From Camelus ferus (Eukaryota): a stretch of 64,000 nt of DNA. Location: contig NC_045696.1 of the NCBI RefSeq assembly GCF_009834535.1, positions 104,782,001 to 104,846,000 on the forward strand. Reading direction: 5' to 3'. Below are positions 1 to 12,128 of the stretch, piece after piece. Each line of letters opens with the position of its first letter. Position 1 is the first letter of the stretch. The translations under genes and the position numbers were made by a program. The notes beneath the pieces are model-generated. The model made no database searches. It had not been told where the DNA came from and saw only the letters and a list, made by a program, of their open reading frames with translations.

Positions 1-196
1 GTTAATTCTCAGTATTATTTTCTCATTTCTTTTTTTTTAAATGAGGATTGAATTTCTCAACAGTGATGCCTCCTCCCATTGTGCATTTCCAAGAATTCAA
101 TCCACATCACAAAGGGCATGGGCAAGACCTCCCCTGCTGTCCCGCTGGCATCTGGTAGGATTAATATAGCCTGTGTCCCTTTGAGGTTAGCAAGGT

Positions 197-540
197 GTGC
201 TAGCCCAGGTTCTTCAAGAAGCAGATAACAAGACCCAGGCTGGGATTAAACGTGCAAGAATTTTACAAGGGAAAATGCAGATTAGACCTTGGTGCAAATG
301 TAATTCCAGGAGAGAGAAAGAAAAGGTTGGGTAAAAAAGCTTCAAACTGTCATGCAGTCCACGTGGGTCTCTACAAAGCCAAAGCCCTCAGGCCTCCTCA
401 AGCTCAAGTTCAGCAGTCAGAGCAGTACCCTGTCCCCCAGGAGCGAGTCTGCCTTGGTGCCCCCAGGACCCCCATACTCCACAGGAACAGCCCGTGGAAC
501 GTATGGTCTCAGAGCCCAGATGTTTCAAGTCCCAGCCCCT
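197..540 (-). mobile_element. Degraded ERVL-type LTR (LTR16/LTR33-like)
   Basis: caggttcttcaagaagcaga...gggattaaacgtgcaagaatttt and ggttgggtaaaaaagcttcaaactg resemble the reverse complement of LTR16-family 3' ends; right boundary uncertain. Confidence 0.45.
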
Positions 541-719
541 GGCTTTGTGAGAAAGAAGGGCAAGGATGTTCAGTGTTTGAATCTGAATTACCTGCTCTTT
601 TTTTAAGATGAGTCCCTGACCGGGTATAACCTTCCATCCCCATTCAAATGCTCAGGGAATGCTCACCTCTGCCTGCCACTTGGGAACAGGAAGCAACTTT
701 GGATTTCCTCCCTGGACTT

Positions 720-1570
720 GCTCCTCACCTCAAGGGCACCATCTCAGAAAACGGCACCAATATTCCTGCTGAAGCAAAAACCTCAGGAGGCAGCTTGATT
801 CCTGCTTTTTCCAAACCAACAGTCCTTTCCCATCCACACAATCCATCACAGCTTCTGTCATTTCTACACCAACAGAGTAGAATGCAGCTGCCTTCCACCT
901 GCCAACATCCTACCTCCAGCCAATACCATCTCTTGCCTGAACCCTTGGAAGAACCCTCAAAATTGCCTTACTGTTTTCTCCTACAATCCCTTTTCCACAG
1001 AGCTTCTGGAGTGATGGTTTCAAAAACAAAATCTGATCATAAAGCTGGCGGTGGCCATTTCTGCTTAGACCCTCTCAAGGTGGCCCGCCATGCTTAGAAT
1101 AAAGTTCAAATTTCTTCTCATAGTCTATAAGGCCCCCTCCTGACTCATCTCCCACCACTTCCATCCCCCATGCCCCAGTCACACTGGTTTCCTTTTTATT
1201 CCTCAAATTCACCGAACTGAGTCCTACCTGAGGTCCTCGCACTAACTGTTCCACTGTGTGGAATGCCTTTCCCCTGTGGCATGACTACTTGCTTCTCATC
1301 ACTCGACCCTCAGCTCAGACTTCAGATCCCTTTCTTGAAGACCTCATCTCAACTCTCCCTGCCCCCATAACCCAGCTTCTCTTCTTTTCATCACAGTGAT
1401 CACACCCGAAATGACCTTTCGTAAGTCTTGACTCAGTAATTGTGTCTCTGGCCCCTCCAAATGGAAGCCCTCCCTGTCTGTTTTGTCCGTCACCATTTCT
1501 CCAGGGCTGAGACAGAGCCAGGCCCATGGTAGGCACCCATAATACATACATGTTCAATCAGTGAGTGAGC
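720..1570 (+). mobile_element. LINE2 (L2a-like) 3' portion
   Basis: Typical L2 blocks (catctcagaaaacggcacc, aaatctgatcat, cttagaataaagttcaaa, ggaatgccttt) ending in an L2 tail, cagagccaggcccatggtaggcacccataata. Confidence 0.8.
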
Positions 1571-2937
1571 TGGCACCCAATGTGACTGTGAGCGAGCTCA
1601 GGGAAGTGTCTCTCTGGCATTCGGCCCCTCTTTCAGAGCCCTTTCCTGGCTCAGCTCAGCTTCCTCTGGAAGCCTCACTCCCAGACGCCGCTCTTGCTCC
1701 CCTCCCCGGGCTGCCATCACAGCCCCCTGCTCGGCCTCCCCACTGCCCCCCGGGCAGCCGAGGTGAATGATGCTCAGACTCTTTCCATGTCAAGTTTCTC
1801 ATTTTCATCCAAAGAGAATCTCAGAGCCCCTAAGGACTTTTAACTTCAAAAGGATGGAGCTCTCAGAGAAGGAGAGCAGGGGCAAGGTGACGATTTTTAA
1901 GAATGGCTTCTTTGATTCACCTGTGCCTTGATTTCCTTTTTAACCCTGACCCCCAAACACTGGGGTGCACCAGCCCTCATAGCTCTTTCCACAGCATCCA
2001 CTGCTTGAGCTGACGGAGACCACTGAGCAGGGCTCGCCCCATCACCGGAAGGGGCGAGCCCTGCTCCGCCCTATGGCTGAGCAGCATGCCAAAGCCCCCA
2101 GCCAGAGCTCTGGCCACATTCCCGCCACAGGTAGGTGGCGCCAGCTCTGAGGAGTGACACAATCAAGGGCAGAGCACTCCCCCGCTTCTGAGGAGCATGA
2201 CTTTAGATTGTAACTGCCTGGCAGCCCCTTGTCGTCCCTGTGCCAATGGGTGCACCTGCTCCTCCACCCCTACATCTCTATAAAGCAGCCTCTGTCTGCA
2301 CGGTCTGAGCAACAGGGTCCAGATTTAAAGCTGAGAGGAGCCATGCAGGTACCAGAGTGCCAGGAACCTGCTTTCAACAGTGGAGGCTGAAACATCGTCT
2401 CCTCTACAGGAGTCTAACAAGCCTCACACCATGTCCTGGCACGCAACTCTGAAACCCTCCCAAACCAAGCTCTGGGAGACGCCGTGCACACCAGGCAGGC
2501 TCCCAAGCTCTGCAGCCAGTGCGGCCCCGGTCACAGGTGGGTCAGGCTTCTTGGGGAACATTCGAGTTGAAGTCAGTGCCCGCGAGGCCAGTCCTTGGCC
2601 CCAGGGCCTGTCTCTAGGGTTTGGACATGCCAGGCTCTCTTTTAGTATCTCTTGGATTCATGAAGCATTTATGTCTTGGATATGCAGATTGTCTCCAACT
2701 CCACTGAGCATGGAGCAGGAGAAAATGGGATTTCCCACAACGCAAGGGAAGGGAACTAGCTGTAAAGCGTAGCCTTATGATGCGAGGGCTGCTTCATCCT
2801 GGGGGTTGAAAGGGACAGGAGTTTCATCTCCCTGAAAATAACTTTCAAAAGGGCTTCCACCCACACACGGGGCCGGACTAATGGAATGTTAACACCAATG
2901 GCCCGTGCATACCGTGTAATCCCACTAGTAACGGTTT

Positions 2938-3270
2938 TATTCAATAAATGTGTATTTAATAGAGTCACTTGTACGTGGGAGGAATGATGCTAGGTGTTGG
3001 AGGTACAGCACTAAGCAATCACACTGGTTATTAAAGTGGGACCAGTGCTGAGACGGGGAAGTGTGAGGTCCTATGAGGATGACCTTTCCTGAGGCTGTTG
3101 GAGGGACCAGTCTTCAAAAGTGACAGGTGAGCTGGGACCTGACAGCTGAGAGAGACTGAAGAATGTTCCCAGGAGAGAGAAATGCATGGGGAAAAACTCG
3201 GAGAGAGGCGCAGCGTGGTCCATTTGAGAAAGAACTACAAAGAGACAAGGAAGTGTGTGTGCAGAGGAAG
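2938..3270 (-). mobile_element. LINE2 3' end fragment
   Basis: tattcaataaatgtgtattt...tgctaggtgttggaggtacagca and aagtgacaggtgagctgggacctga match the reverse L2 tail. Confidence 0.65.
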
Positions 3271-4406
3271 ACAAGGGACGGCCTCTGCTGGGAGAAGCTC
3301 CCAGTAACATAAGAAAATGAGAACAGGATTCAGAATTCTAACGCTGTGATTGGGTAGCTCAGATGTAATTTTGTAGGAACTTCAGAGGAAGGGGAGGTCG
3401 ATAATGACCTTCAGGAGGTCAGGGATGGACCACAGCTGGGTCTTGCATGATAAGCTGGTTAGACAGAGAGATGAAGGAAGGTCAAAAACCTGGGTATCCA
3501 CCTCCACGTCCTCCCTTCTATCTCATCTGTTAGTACACTTTTACCATATATATTGTATAGAACGACCCTCATAGAAACATCTCCTGTGTCTGCTTTCCAT
3601 CCCCACTGCAGGCCACTGCCCTGGAGTGTTACAACTGTCTCTCGTGTTGTACCCACCAAGGCATCCTCTCTACTGTAGACAGGGTGGCCTGTAAAATTCA
3701 GGTTGGATCACACCACCCCTGTCCCTTCCTTCTAGGATCACACTCCCTAGCCTGGCACACGAGCCTCTCATTGTGATCTCCACTTGCCTCTGACCCTGGC
3801 TTATTGCCTAATCCTCTGACACCCTGAGCTACTTCCCATTTCCTGGGTGAGACCTGTTCTCCCTCCAGCCCTGCCCTCACTCCAGCCCTGCCTGAGCCCA
3901 GAGCTTCTCTCCCACCCATTCCCAGGGGTCTCTGGGGGATCCATGACTCTTCCTACATGACCTTATTTCATGGACCAAGAGTCTCCCCAAGCTCCACACT
4001 TTCCTGCTGCAACCACTCATGTGTCTCTTCCACACACACTTAGAAGAGAACCCTCCTGAAGCTACTTAAATCTGTAAATGACTTTCCTCTAGAAGTTTGT
4101 CGTTCCATCTGATCTTCTGAGGTCAAGCAGCTAAATGTTGCCGAAGCATTTTTTGAGCACCTGCTCTGTTTCCAGGCCCATGTCAGCCACCAAGAGAGGC
4201 ACAGGGGCAGGCATGGACCTTGTGTGGATCACAATCTAATGTCATGACATCACTGCAAGCAAGGAAGCCCTTTCTAAGGTGCAGGAGCCACCATGTAAAG
4301 CTAGGTCAGTGTTGTGCATTTGACTCTGCTGTTGCCATTCTTTGGTTGTCATCAAGGTTTTCCATGGGTGGAGCAGCTATCCTATGTGCCAGGAACTGTA
4401 CCAAGT

Positions 4407-4833
4407 TGTGGCAGGTGGGGCTCCCTGGGAAGCAGACACTAAGGCAGAGTTTTAGTGTGCAGGATGTTTTGTTCGGTGTGGCCCTGGGATCACAGCTGTG
4501 GATGAGAAAAAACAGAAGGAAGAAGGGCAGAGGGAAGAAGTTAGCAGGGCCCATGAGCCCTGGCGATGCTTTAGAATGTGAATGGCCCTTTCCCCACTGT
4601 CTTGGGTTGAGCTGAGATGGACAGGCCTTCACTCTCTTGCATTCATCAGGCACTGGATGGGAGCCACCCCAGGGAGGGATTTAACTTCGGGCAATGTGAC
4701 TCTTTACAGCTGAGGCAGGGCCTGAAGGGGCTGACTGCTGACAGCTATTTCTCCCAACGGTTCTCCCAGCACCTGGGGTAACAAGTACTTTACTGAAGGG
4801 GGATCTGAGTGGAACATCTCAGGGTTCACCACA
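4407..4833 (-). mobile_element. Solo ERVL LTR, LTR16-family, full length, inserted in a MIR
   Basis: TG...CA termini (tgtggcaggt at 4407; caccaca at 4827-4833); internal gggaagcagacact and gaagggggatctg blocks; degenerate 5-bp TSD caagt/cagct. Confidence 0.75.
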
Positions 4834-5000
4834 CAGCTGTGTTCCATGTCTCACCTTGGAAATCCACAACAACTCAAGAAGTAGATATCACTTCCATTTT
4901 ACAGATGAGAAGCTGAGGCATAGAGAGAATATCTCTTGACCAAAGTTCTACAGTTGGATTTGAACTCAGTTCTGATTTCACAGCTTATGCTTCTGTTACC
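4834..5000 (-). mobile_element. MIR (its left part at 4375-4406 is split off by the LTR)
   Basis: Core ccattttacagatgagaagctgaggca. Confidence 0.8.
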
Positions 5001-5273
5001 GTGCAATGTTCATTCCTCCCAAACAAGTGGGTAGGGGCTCAAAGTACGCCCCCTCCCCTATGCCAGCCTGGGCATACAGTGGACCATGAGTCACCGCCTC
5101 CTCACTGAAATAACCAGGAGGACAGAAGCAGAAGCAGTACATTCAAGTCAGTCCAGACATACGTGGAGCGGACCACCATGTCTGCTCATCTGTACCTCTG
5201 TTGTGGGGACGGGGTCTCATCTAAGCCACATTCAGGACCCCAGAAGTCGGTACCAAGACCTGGACTCATGGGT

Positions 5274-5459
5274 GAGGTTGTCCAACTTAAAGAAAAATAC
5301 AGGAAGCCCAGTTAAGTTTGAGTTTCAGATAGATAACAAACGATTGGTTTAGCATCAGTATGTCCATGAAATATCTGGGACACGCTTCTACTAAAAAGCC
5401 ATTTGCTTTTTATCTAACATTCAAATTAACTTTGCCCAGTATTTGACCTGTTAACCTTA
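5274..5459. mobile_element. MER53 palindromic MITE
   Basis: aaaaatacaggaagcccagttaagtttgagtttcagata ... tatctaacattcaaattaact; self-complementary; ~190 bp. Confidence 0.8.
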
Positions 5460-7308
5460 CTCACGGGTGAAGTGGGAGGCATCCCCCTATCCTTGAGATG
5501 ATTTCAGTGATACGAAAGCTTCCTCAGATCAAGCTCTCTCCCAGCCTGAAATCCATTTTCCTGCACCCATAGTCTTTCATTGCACAGTCAAAGCTAATGC
5601 ACCCCTGGGAGAGGGGACCCATGAGCTACACTCATTCACCCTCGAGATATCACTGAGAGCAGGTGTCGGGGCACACACACAAGAGAACGCAGATGGGAAG
5701 GAGGGAAGCCAGGAGTGGGCATCACTCGGGTGAAGGGCTCAGGATAAGAGAAGAGGCTGATGGTGTGCGGGGCAGCCTAGGGAGCATCTCCATTTTTCTC
5801 AGTTGGGCTCCCTGAGCAGAGGTCCCAGTCTTTTAGGATTGTTCAACGGTTCCACAGGCTCTCCTCTCTCTAGCTTGGTACTTTAGCTTCTCTCTCACAA
5901 TAAACCCCTGCCCACCAGCAACCAGCTGCACCCATGGCCTGCTTAGGGGCCACCAAGAGTCCTATGGCCTGACACAGTCCCCATGGCACCTGACACAGAC
6001 CCGGGTGATGCAAACCCCCCGGCTTCTGGCTCAGCGTCTCCCCCTTCCTGCCCTTGGCCTAGAACTTGATGTTTCTTAGCAGTTCTGTGATAAAGAAACC
6101 GTGTGTAGACAATCAAAAATGCCATCGCAAGTGACCTGAACGTCTTTCTTTTCTTCCAACTTTCCAGACAAGCCATTCCCTTTTATTATCCAGAGATTCA
6201 TAAAAATGCGTAAGTGAAGGCAACAGCTTAAATAGTTTTCTTTTAGGAGTTTGGCACTAAGTGTATTAAATGAATTCCCTCAGTCTTTGGACAAGAAGCC
6301 ATTAGATATGGACTATTACTTGCATTATCATTACATTAGAGGGTCATTATGAAAAATAAAAGTTCTAATCAGCATGAACATTTATAAATTGTCACGATGG
6401 GGAATATGCCAGGCCGGGCTGTCTCAAATATCCAGACTAACCACAGTGAATAATGACTTTGAACAAAAAGAGGTTGAACACAAAGAACCACTGTAACAAA
6501 TCCCACTCAAAGTTGTTAGTAATTAAAGGCTTTAAGAAAAAGGGGGAGGTCCACCCACACCTCTCCAGCTAAGCGAGAGTTCTCTCAGCTCTCCTTGGTG
6601 ACTTGTGACAACACTCATTGTCTTTACCCTCCTACCTAGCCTCCAGCTAGAAGAAGCAGACCCTACGTGATCCTCATAAGGTCCCAGGCAGCCCCGGGGT
6701 CCCTCAGAGGTAGCTCAGGGCCCACCGTGGGCAGTAAGGTGAGCAGTGTAGTGGGTTCTCCACCTCTCTTTAGCCTTGTCCTTTCTCAGTCATCTGTTTG
6801 TTTCTAATATGATCCTCTTTACAAGTCCTAGATGATTCTAGAATGAGCTACATTTACTGCCCCTAACACAGGATGATTTCAAAGGGACCAAGCCACCCAC
6901 TTGCTGCAGGAGCCCTTGTCACATCCACGGGAAGTCTGGGTCAATCCTAGGGACCAGACATGGGGGAGGGTCCTTGACCAAAGGCTGGATGCAGTGGGTT
7001 GGCCAGAGTGGCCAGAAACAGACTGCATGAGTGGGCAAGGGGCAAACCATGCAAGCAATTGGGCCAAGGATCCCTTGGAGAAGCTGAACCGTTCCTGGAT
7101 GTGATGGCTCTCTAAAAGGAGGTGGGGGGGCTGCATTTGTGACTACAGGCAAGGAACCAGGTGGCCCTGAGACAGGAGGGTCTTCTTTGAAGGCTTTGCC
7201 TTCAGGACTCCTTCCATCCTCCTCTGGAACATCGATTTCCCAGGGTGAGTAACCCCTTCTCCAGGGCATCTACTGGTCCTGCCCAGACTCCTATTTGAGT
7301 ATACAGAA

Positions 7309-7647
7309 TTTTGAAGTAGGGTTCCTTCTGGATATATGCCCAGGAGCGGGATTCCCAGGTCATACGGTAAGTCTATTCCTAGTTTTTTGAGGAATCTCCA
7401 TACTGTTTTCCACAGTGGCTGCACCAAACTGCATTCCCACCAGCAGTGTAGGAGGGCTCCCTTTTCTCCACAGCCTCTCCAGGATTTGTCATTTGTGGAC
7501 TTTTGAATGATGGCCATTCTGACTGGTGTGAGGTGATACCTCATTGTAGTTCTGATTTGCATTTCTCTGATAATTAGTGATATTGAGCATTTTTTTCATG
7601 TGTCTATTGATCATTTGTATGTCTTCCTCGGAGAATTGCTTGTTTAA
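7309..7647 (-). mobile_element. Young LINE1 internal fragment (ORF2 C-terminal cysteine-rich region)
   Basis: Translates to [19 protein letters not shown] / [68 protein letters not shown]; one frameshift, in the T-run near 7590. Confidence 0.95.
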
Positions 7648-7779
7648 TAGTCTTTTTGACTTCCTTGTTTCCATCTATTAGACTGTGGCCTCTGCTAGGG
7701 AGGGGAGCGTCCAGATGCCCTCACTCATCCATCCATCCATCCATCTATCTGTCCAGTAGCTCATTCAATCATGACTTCA

Positions 7780-7905
7780 CCCATCAGATTCCAGTCAACA
7801 AGCTCCTTTCATAGGGCCATGTGCTTACCTTGTCTCTATTCATGCAGCACCTGAAACAGAGCCTGGCACACAGTAGGTACTAAGTAAGTGTTGATCAGTA
7901 AGTGC
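7780..7905 (+). mobile_element. LINE2 3' tail
   Basis: acagagcctggcacacagtaggtactaagtaagtgttg. Confidence 0.7.
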
Positions 7906-9609
7906 ATAGGTGGCTGAGGACTTGTTTGGCAAAGGGGGCTGCATTCCCAGGTGGCCCAATTGCTGGAGGGATGGAGGAGATGGAAGAGGATGCTGGCACT
8001 GTGGTTAAAGTCTCAGATTCCAGACTGATGTAAAATCATCCCAACTGACTAGCCACATCTCCCTCTCTGGTCCCTCCCAGAACACAGAAACTCATTTATT
8101 CCCAGCACCACTACTCTTTTGGATTAAGACATTTTCTTCTGTGTGCTGCCAGTGAAATGTCTCCTAGATTTCTTTTGCCACTTTGAAGGTGCAATGCAAT
8201 TCCTTTCGAATTTTCGTTTCCCCCAATTGCACTTCCTCTGAATGACCCACCCCCTTTATTTAGCCAAAACCTCAAGGAAACTCTGAGGAGGAGAAGTACT
8301 CTCCATTTGTCTCGGCAGCACTGCCTACTCCACGAAACCCTTTCATTTCATTTCCCTGGGCGCTGGGGCTCAACTTCTTGCCTTGTCTGAGCTATCTCGT
8401 CCTTTTCAACGCTTTGCTGAGCTTTTGCAATTTCTACAATACGCTTTTCCTAATAAAAACAACCTGTGTTGCACATTGCATTTTAATGACAGTTAAATTC
8501 CTCCTCCCTTAGTGCGTTCAGCAACTTTAGGGCAGCCCAGCTATTGTAAGTTATTATATGCTTAGTTGAACTTATTGCATTCTACTTGTCTCCAGTTTTG
8601 TTTATTTTCTCTTCTGTCATGGATTCTGTGTTCCTTGGTATATTCTTTTCAAAAGGCTTTCTAAGCCAGCAGGGGTCACAGGGAATTATACCTCACAGGG
8701 AAGTGACCAGTGGGCTCAGGGGGTCCTGGGGAAAAGTCTTCCCAGAGTCTGCAGTATGGCTCCAAGCACTCTGGCATCACATGTCCAAGTCCCTCCAACC
8801 AATTCTTAGAAACAAAGCAGGCTTCTTGCGTAAAAGCGTTTGGAAATGGCAGGCCGTCATGAAGGCTGGGCAATCTCATTCACGGGCAATGATTTTCATT
8901 GGACAGAATGTTCTGTAATGCCATCTGTCCCACATGGGTGGGATGCGTCAGAAAGATCATTCTGCCAGCTCCAGGAATTATATTCTTCGAACCTAAGAAA
9001 CCCTCCTGTGTTTGGAAGAGGCCCTGGAATCTTGCCTGGAACTTGTTTAACTGCAGAAGGCTGAACAGAGCACACAGACGAAGCTGAAAATGTGTCAGAA
9101 TTTGCCACCGGGGCTCTGCGGCTGGGGGGCTGGGGTCTGGGGCAGCCCCTGGTAAGGTGCTGTTTGAGTAGGAGAGTGGCTAGTGGAAAGCAAAGTTACA
9201 CACACATCAGCATCTGCTGTGACAGTGAGAGAGATTTCCGCTACGTAGCTCCTTGGGAGCTTATGTACTTATTCCAGTGATTCAGCCTTGCTGGAACCAT
9301 TTGGAGAGCTTCTCTCTGAGAACTGCCTTGCGAAGCTATGATCCTTTCAGCAAATGCTCTGTGCAGCCTGGATTTGCTGTGCAGAGCACCTGACCCATGC
9401 CATGGATTTCTCCTAGAGACCCCATGTCTTTAGGAATCATTTTCTCTTTTATACAGATCAGGAGACATTCAGCTCAGAGACACTGAGGATGTCCTCATGC
9501 CTCCTCGGCTCCTGTGGGTCAGGAAGGAATCTGAAATCAAGGCTGTCTCATGTCATAGCCTGAACTCTTCCCAACTACTCACGCTTCTTTCTGACTGTCA
9601 AGAGTTCTG

Positions 9610-10020
9610 AATAAACATTTCCTGAGGTGACACCACGTGCTGGATGCTCTGCTGGAGGCCAGGTTACAGACATTTAATAAAGATGTAGCCTATGATCTAA
9701 AAAGAAATCACAGTGTAGGGAACAAGGCCATAACTCAATTCTTCCAAGATGACAAAACTGCCAAGGAGTGGACAAGGAGCAGCAGGGTGCAGGGGCAGGA
9801 AATTGGGGGAAAATTGGAGGTTCACAACCTCATTCATGGAAGATGCAAGTTGAAATGACTCTTCAAGGATGACAAGGAGTTATCCAGCCCCAAAAGAAAG
9901 GGAAGTTGTTTCAGACAAAAAAAAAAAAAAAAAAAAAAAATCACACTCAAAGGCCCAGAGGCAGGCGAACATGCAGCCTGTTGGGTGAACAAAAATGGTT
10001 TAGTGCAATGCAAGGTAGTG
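9610..10020 (-). mobile_element. LINE2 fragment containing an A-run (9917-9940)
   Basis: aataaacatttcctgagg, ggaagatgcaagttgaaatgactcttcaaggatga, caaaggcccagaggcagg. Confidence 0.6.
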
Positions 10021-10091
10021 TGGTTTTAAACCCCAAGTAGCGTGGGGCTCAGGATGAAACAGGAGCCCAGTGCATCTTCCTTATCTGTTAT

Positions 10092-10722
10092 TATTCAGCC
10101 TTAAAAAAAAAGGAAAATCCTGCTATTTGTGATACCACGAATGAATCTGGTAGACATTATGCTAAGTGAAATAAGCCAGTTACAGAAGGGCAAATCCTGC
10201 ATGATTCTACTTATATAAAGTATCTAAATTAGTTAAACTCGTAGAAGGAAAACATAGAATGGTGGGTGCAAGGGGCTGCAAGGAAGGGGAATGGAGAATT
10301 GTTTTTCAGTGGGGAGAAAATTTCTGTTACGCAAGATGAGTACATTTCAGATTGTACAACATAATACCTAGAGTTAACAAAACAGGATTGCACACTTTAA
10401 AACATAATGAGGATGGATCTCGTGTTAAGCATTCTTACCCCCCCCCAAAAAAAACCCACAAAAGAACACAGAATAGATACATTTAGTACCTTGGTTGTGA
10501 TGATGGTATCATGGGGGTGGGTGTAGGCATATGTCCAAACTCTTCAGGTGTATAATTAAATGCGTGCAATTATTTCTCTTTTTTCTCTTTTTTTAATGGA
10601 GATACTGGGGATTGAACCCAGGAACTTGTGTATGCTAAGCATGCGCTCTACCACTGGGCTATAGCCATCTCCACCATGTGCAATTTTTTTTGTATATCAG
10701 TTATATCTCAATTAAGCTTAAA
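10092..10722 (+). mobile_element. Old LINE1 3' end (L1MB-like), interrupted by a SINE
   Basis: tattcagccttaaaaaaaaaggaaaatcctg, gacattatgctaagtgaaataagccagttacagaagg; ends tatatctcaattaagct. Confidence 0.85.
10575..10675 (-). mobile_element. Camelid tRNA-derived SINE (Vic-1 type)
   Basis: Reverse complement reads tatagcccagtggtagagcgcatgcttagcatacacaagttcctgggttcaatccccag (A and B boxes) plus an A-rich tail; flanked by gtgcaatt direct repeats. Confidence 0.9.
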
Positions 10723-11900
10723 GAAATAAAAGAGCTTAGCATCACTAACTTTCAGAACAAAGAGCACTTTGAGCCTAATCTGGCCAACCTGAGTGCATGA
10801 ATTTGGGATTTGGGGTTTTCTGGATTCTGAAAACAATTTTTCTTCTCTTTAAGAAAGAGAAGACATTTTAAGTACTTTCAATGTAATCTGAGTAAGTGTG
10901 CCATCTTTTAAGGGGACGACTTTTACATCATTTTACATCATTTTAACGTCAACCTGATTTGGAGGTCTGCTCACATTGACAAGAGTCAGATTTCTCTCCA
11001 GCCCTCACAATGTTTACCTGCCATCAGCATGACCTGTGAAAGCATCAGTTCTCAAGCAAGTCGGCCAACAGCGTAGTGACAAACATCCAAGCCCCTTAAT
11101 CCTCCATCGGACTGAGTTCCACGCCTTTCACATGAGTAGGGAAGCTCTCGCTAACACAGCTCGCTCCCAAGCCTCAGCCTGAAAAGAACGGTCTTGGAGG
11201 CTTCTGTTAATTGTATCTGGCTGGAGCACTGAGGAGCCCGTTCAGCTCAAAAAGACATCTATTAAGTTGTCAGCCATGATATCATTTGCCTTAACAATGT
11301 TTAGGATCTACCAAGCGGAAGCTGACAGACGGCACAAAATCACTCTGGGAGGGAGACCACATGCTAATTAGCACAGTGCCCTCCACGTGCCTTCACAGGG
11401 TGGGGAAGCCGGCATCATAACACATCTTTCTGCACGCTTCCTGCCGAGTTTTCCAGCAAGGAAGAGATTGGGAGTTGGCTGTCAGAGCCTCCTAAATGCC
11501 TATACAAATGATTAGGCAGGCTTTCTGACTGGAGTCTGTCCTGCACTGCGTGGTGGTGGGTATAGCCAGCACTCAGAAACATCTTCCCCAAACTGACAGA
11601 ATGCGGTGAAATTCAGAGAGAGTGAGCCACGGAGCTCTAGAAAATGCTCTTCAATCCAGGGCCCGGGAAGGCTTAGCAAGGCTGGTTCTAGACTGAACAG
11701 AGGTACTGAGAACCACTGTAGTGAAAGAGAAACAGAAGGGCATTCCATGAAAGAACTGGGTCTACCTGGCAAAAATGTCTGCACTCATATCCACGAAGGC
11801 TGTCATCAATCTGGTGATTATTATCATTATAACAGCAGCTGCTGTTTTGGGTTTCTAACCAACATGCCAGGCACTTGTTAGATGCTGTACACACAGTATC

Positions 11901-12128
11901 TTTTTTTTTTTTATTGAAGTATAGTCAGTTTACAATGTTGTGTCAATTGTGTACAGCACAATGCTTCAGTCATAGAGTAACATACATACATTCGTTTTCA
12001 TATTCTTTTTCACCATAAGTTACTACAAGATATTGAATATAGTTCCCTATGCTATACAGTACGAACTTGTTGCTTATCTATTTTACGTATATTAGTATCT
12101 GCAAATCTCAAACTTTCAATTTATCCCA
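11901..12128 (-). mobile_element. 5'-truncated cetartiodactyl/camelid LINE1 3' end, inserted in a MIR
   Basis: Poly-T then attgaagtatagtcagtttacaatgttgtg ... gatattgaatatagttccctatgctatacag. Confidence 0.9.

Noticed and set aside
7143..7562. 139-aa ORF as a gene
   Set aside because: It is an L1 ORF2 fragment reading through into flanking DNA
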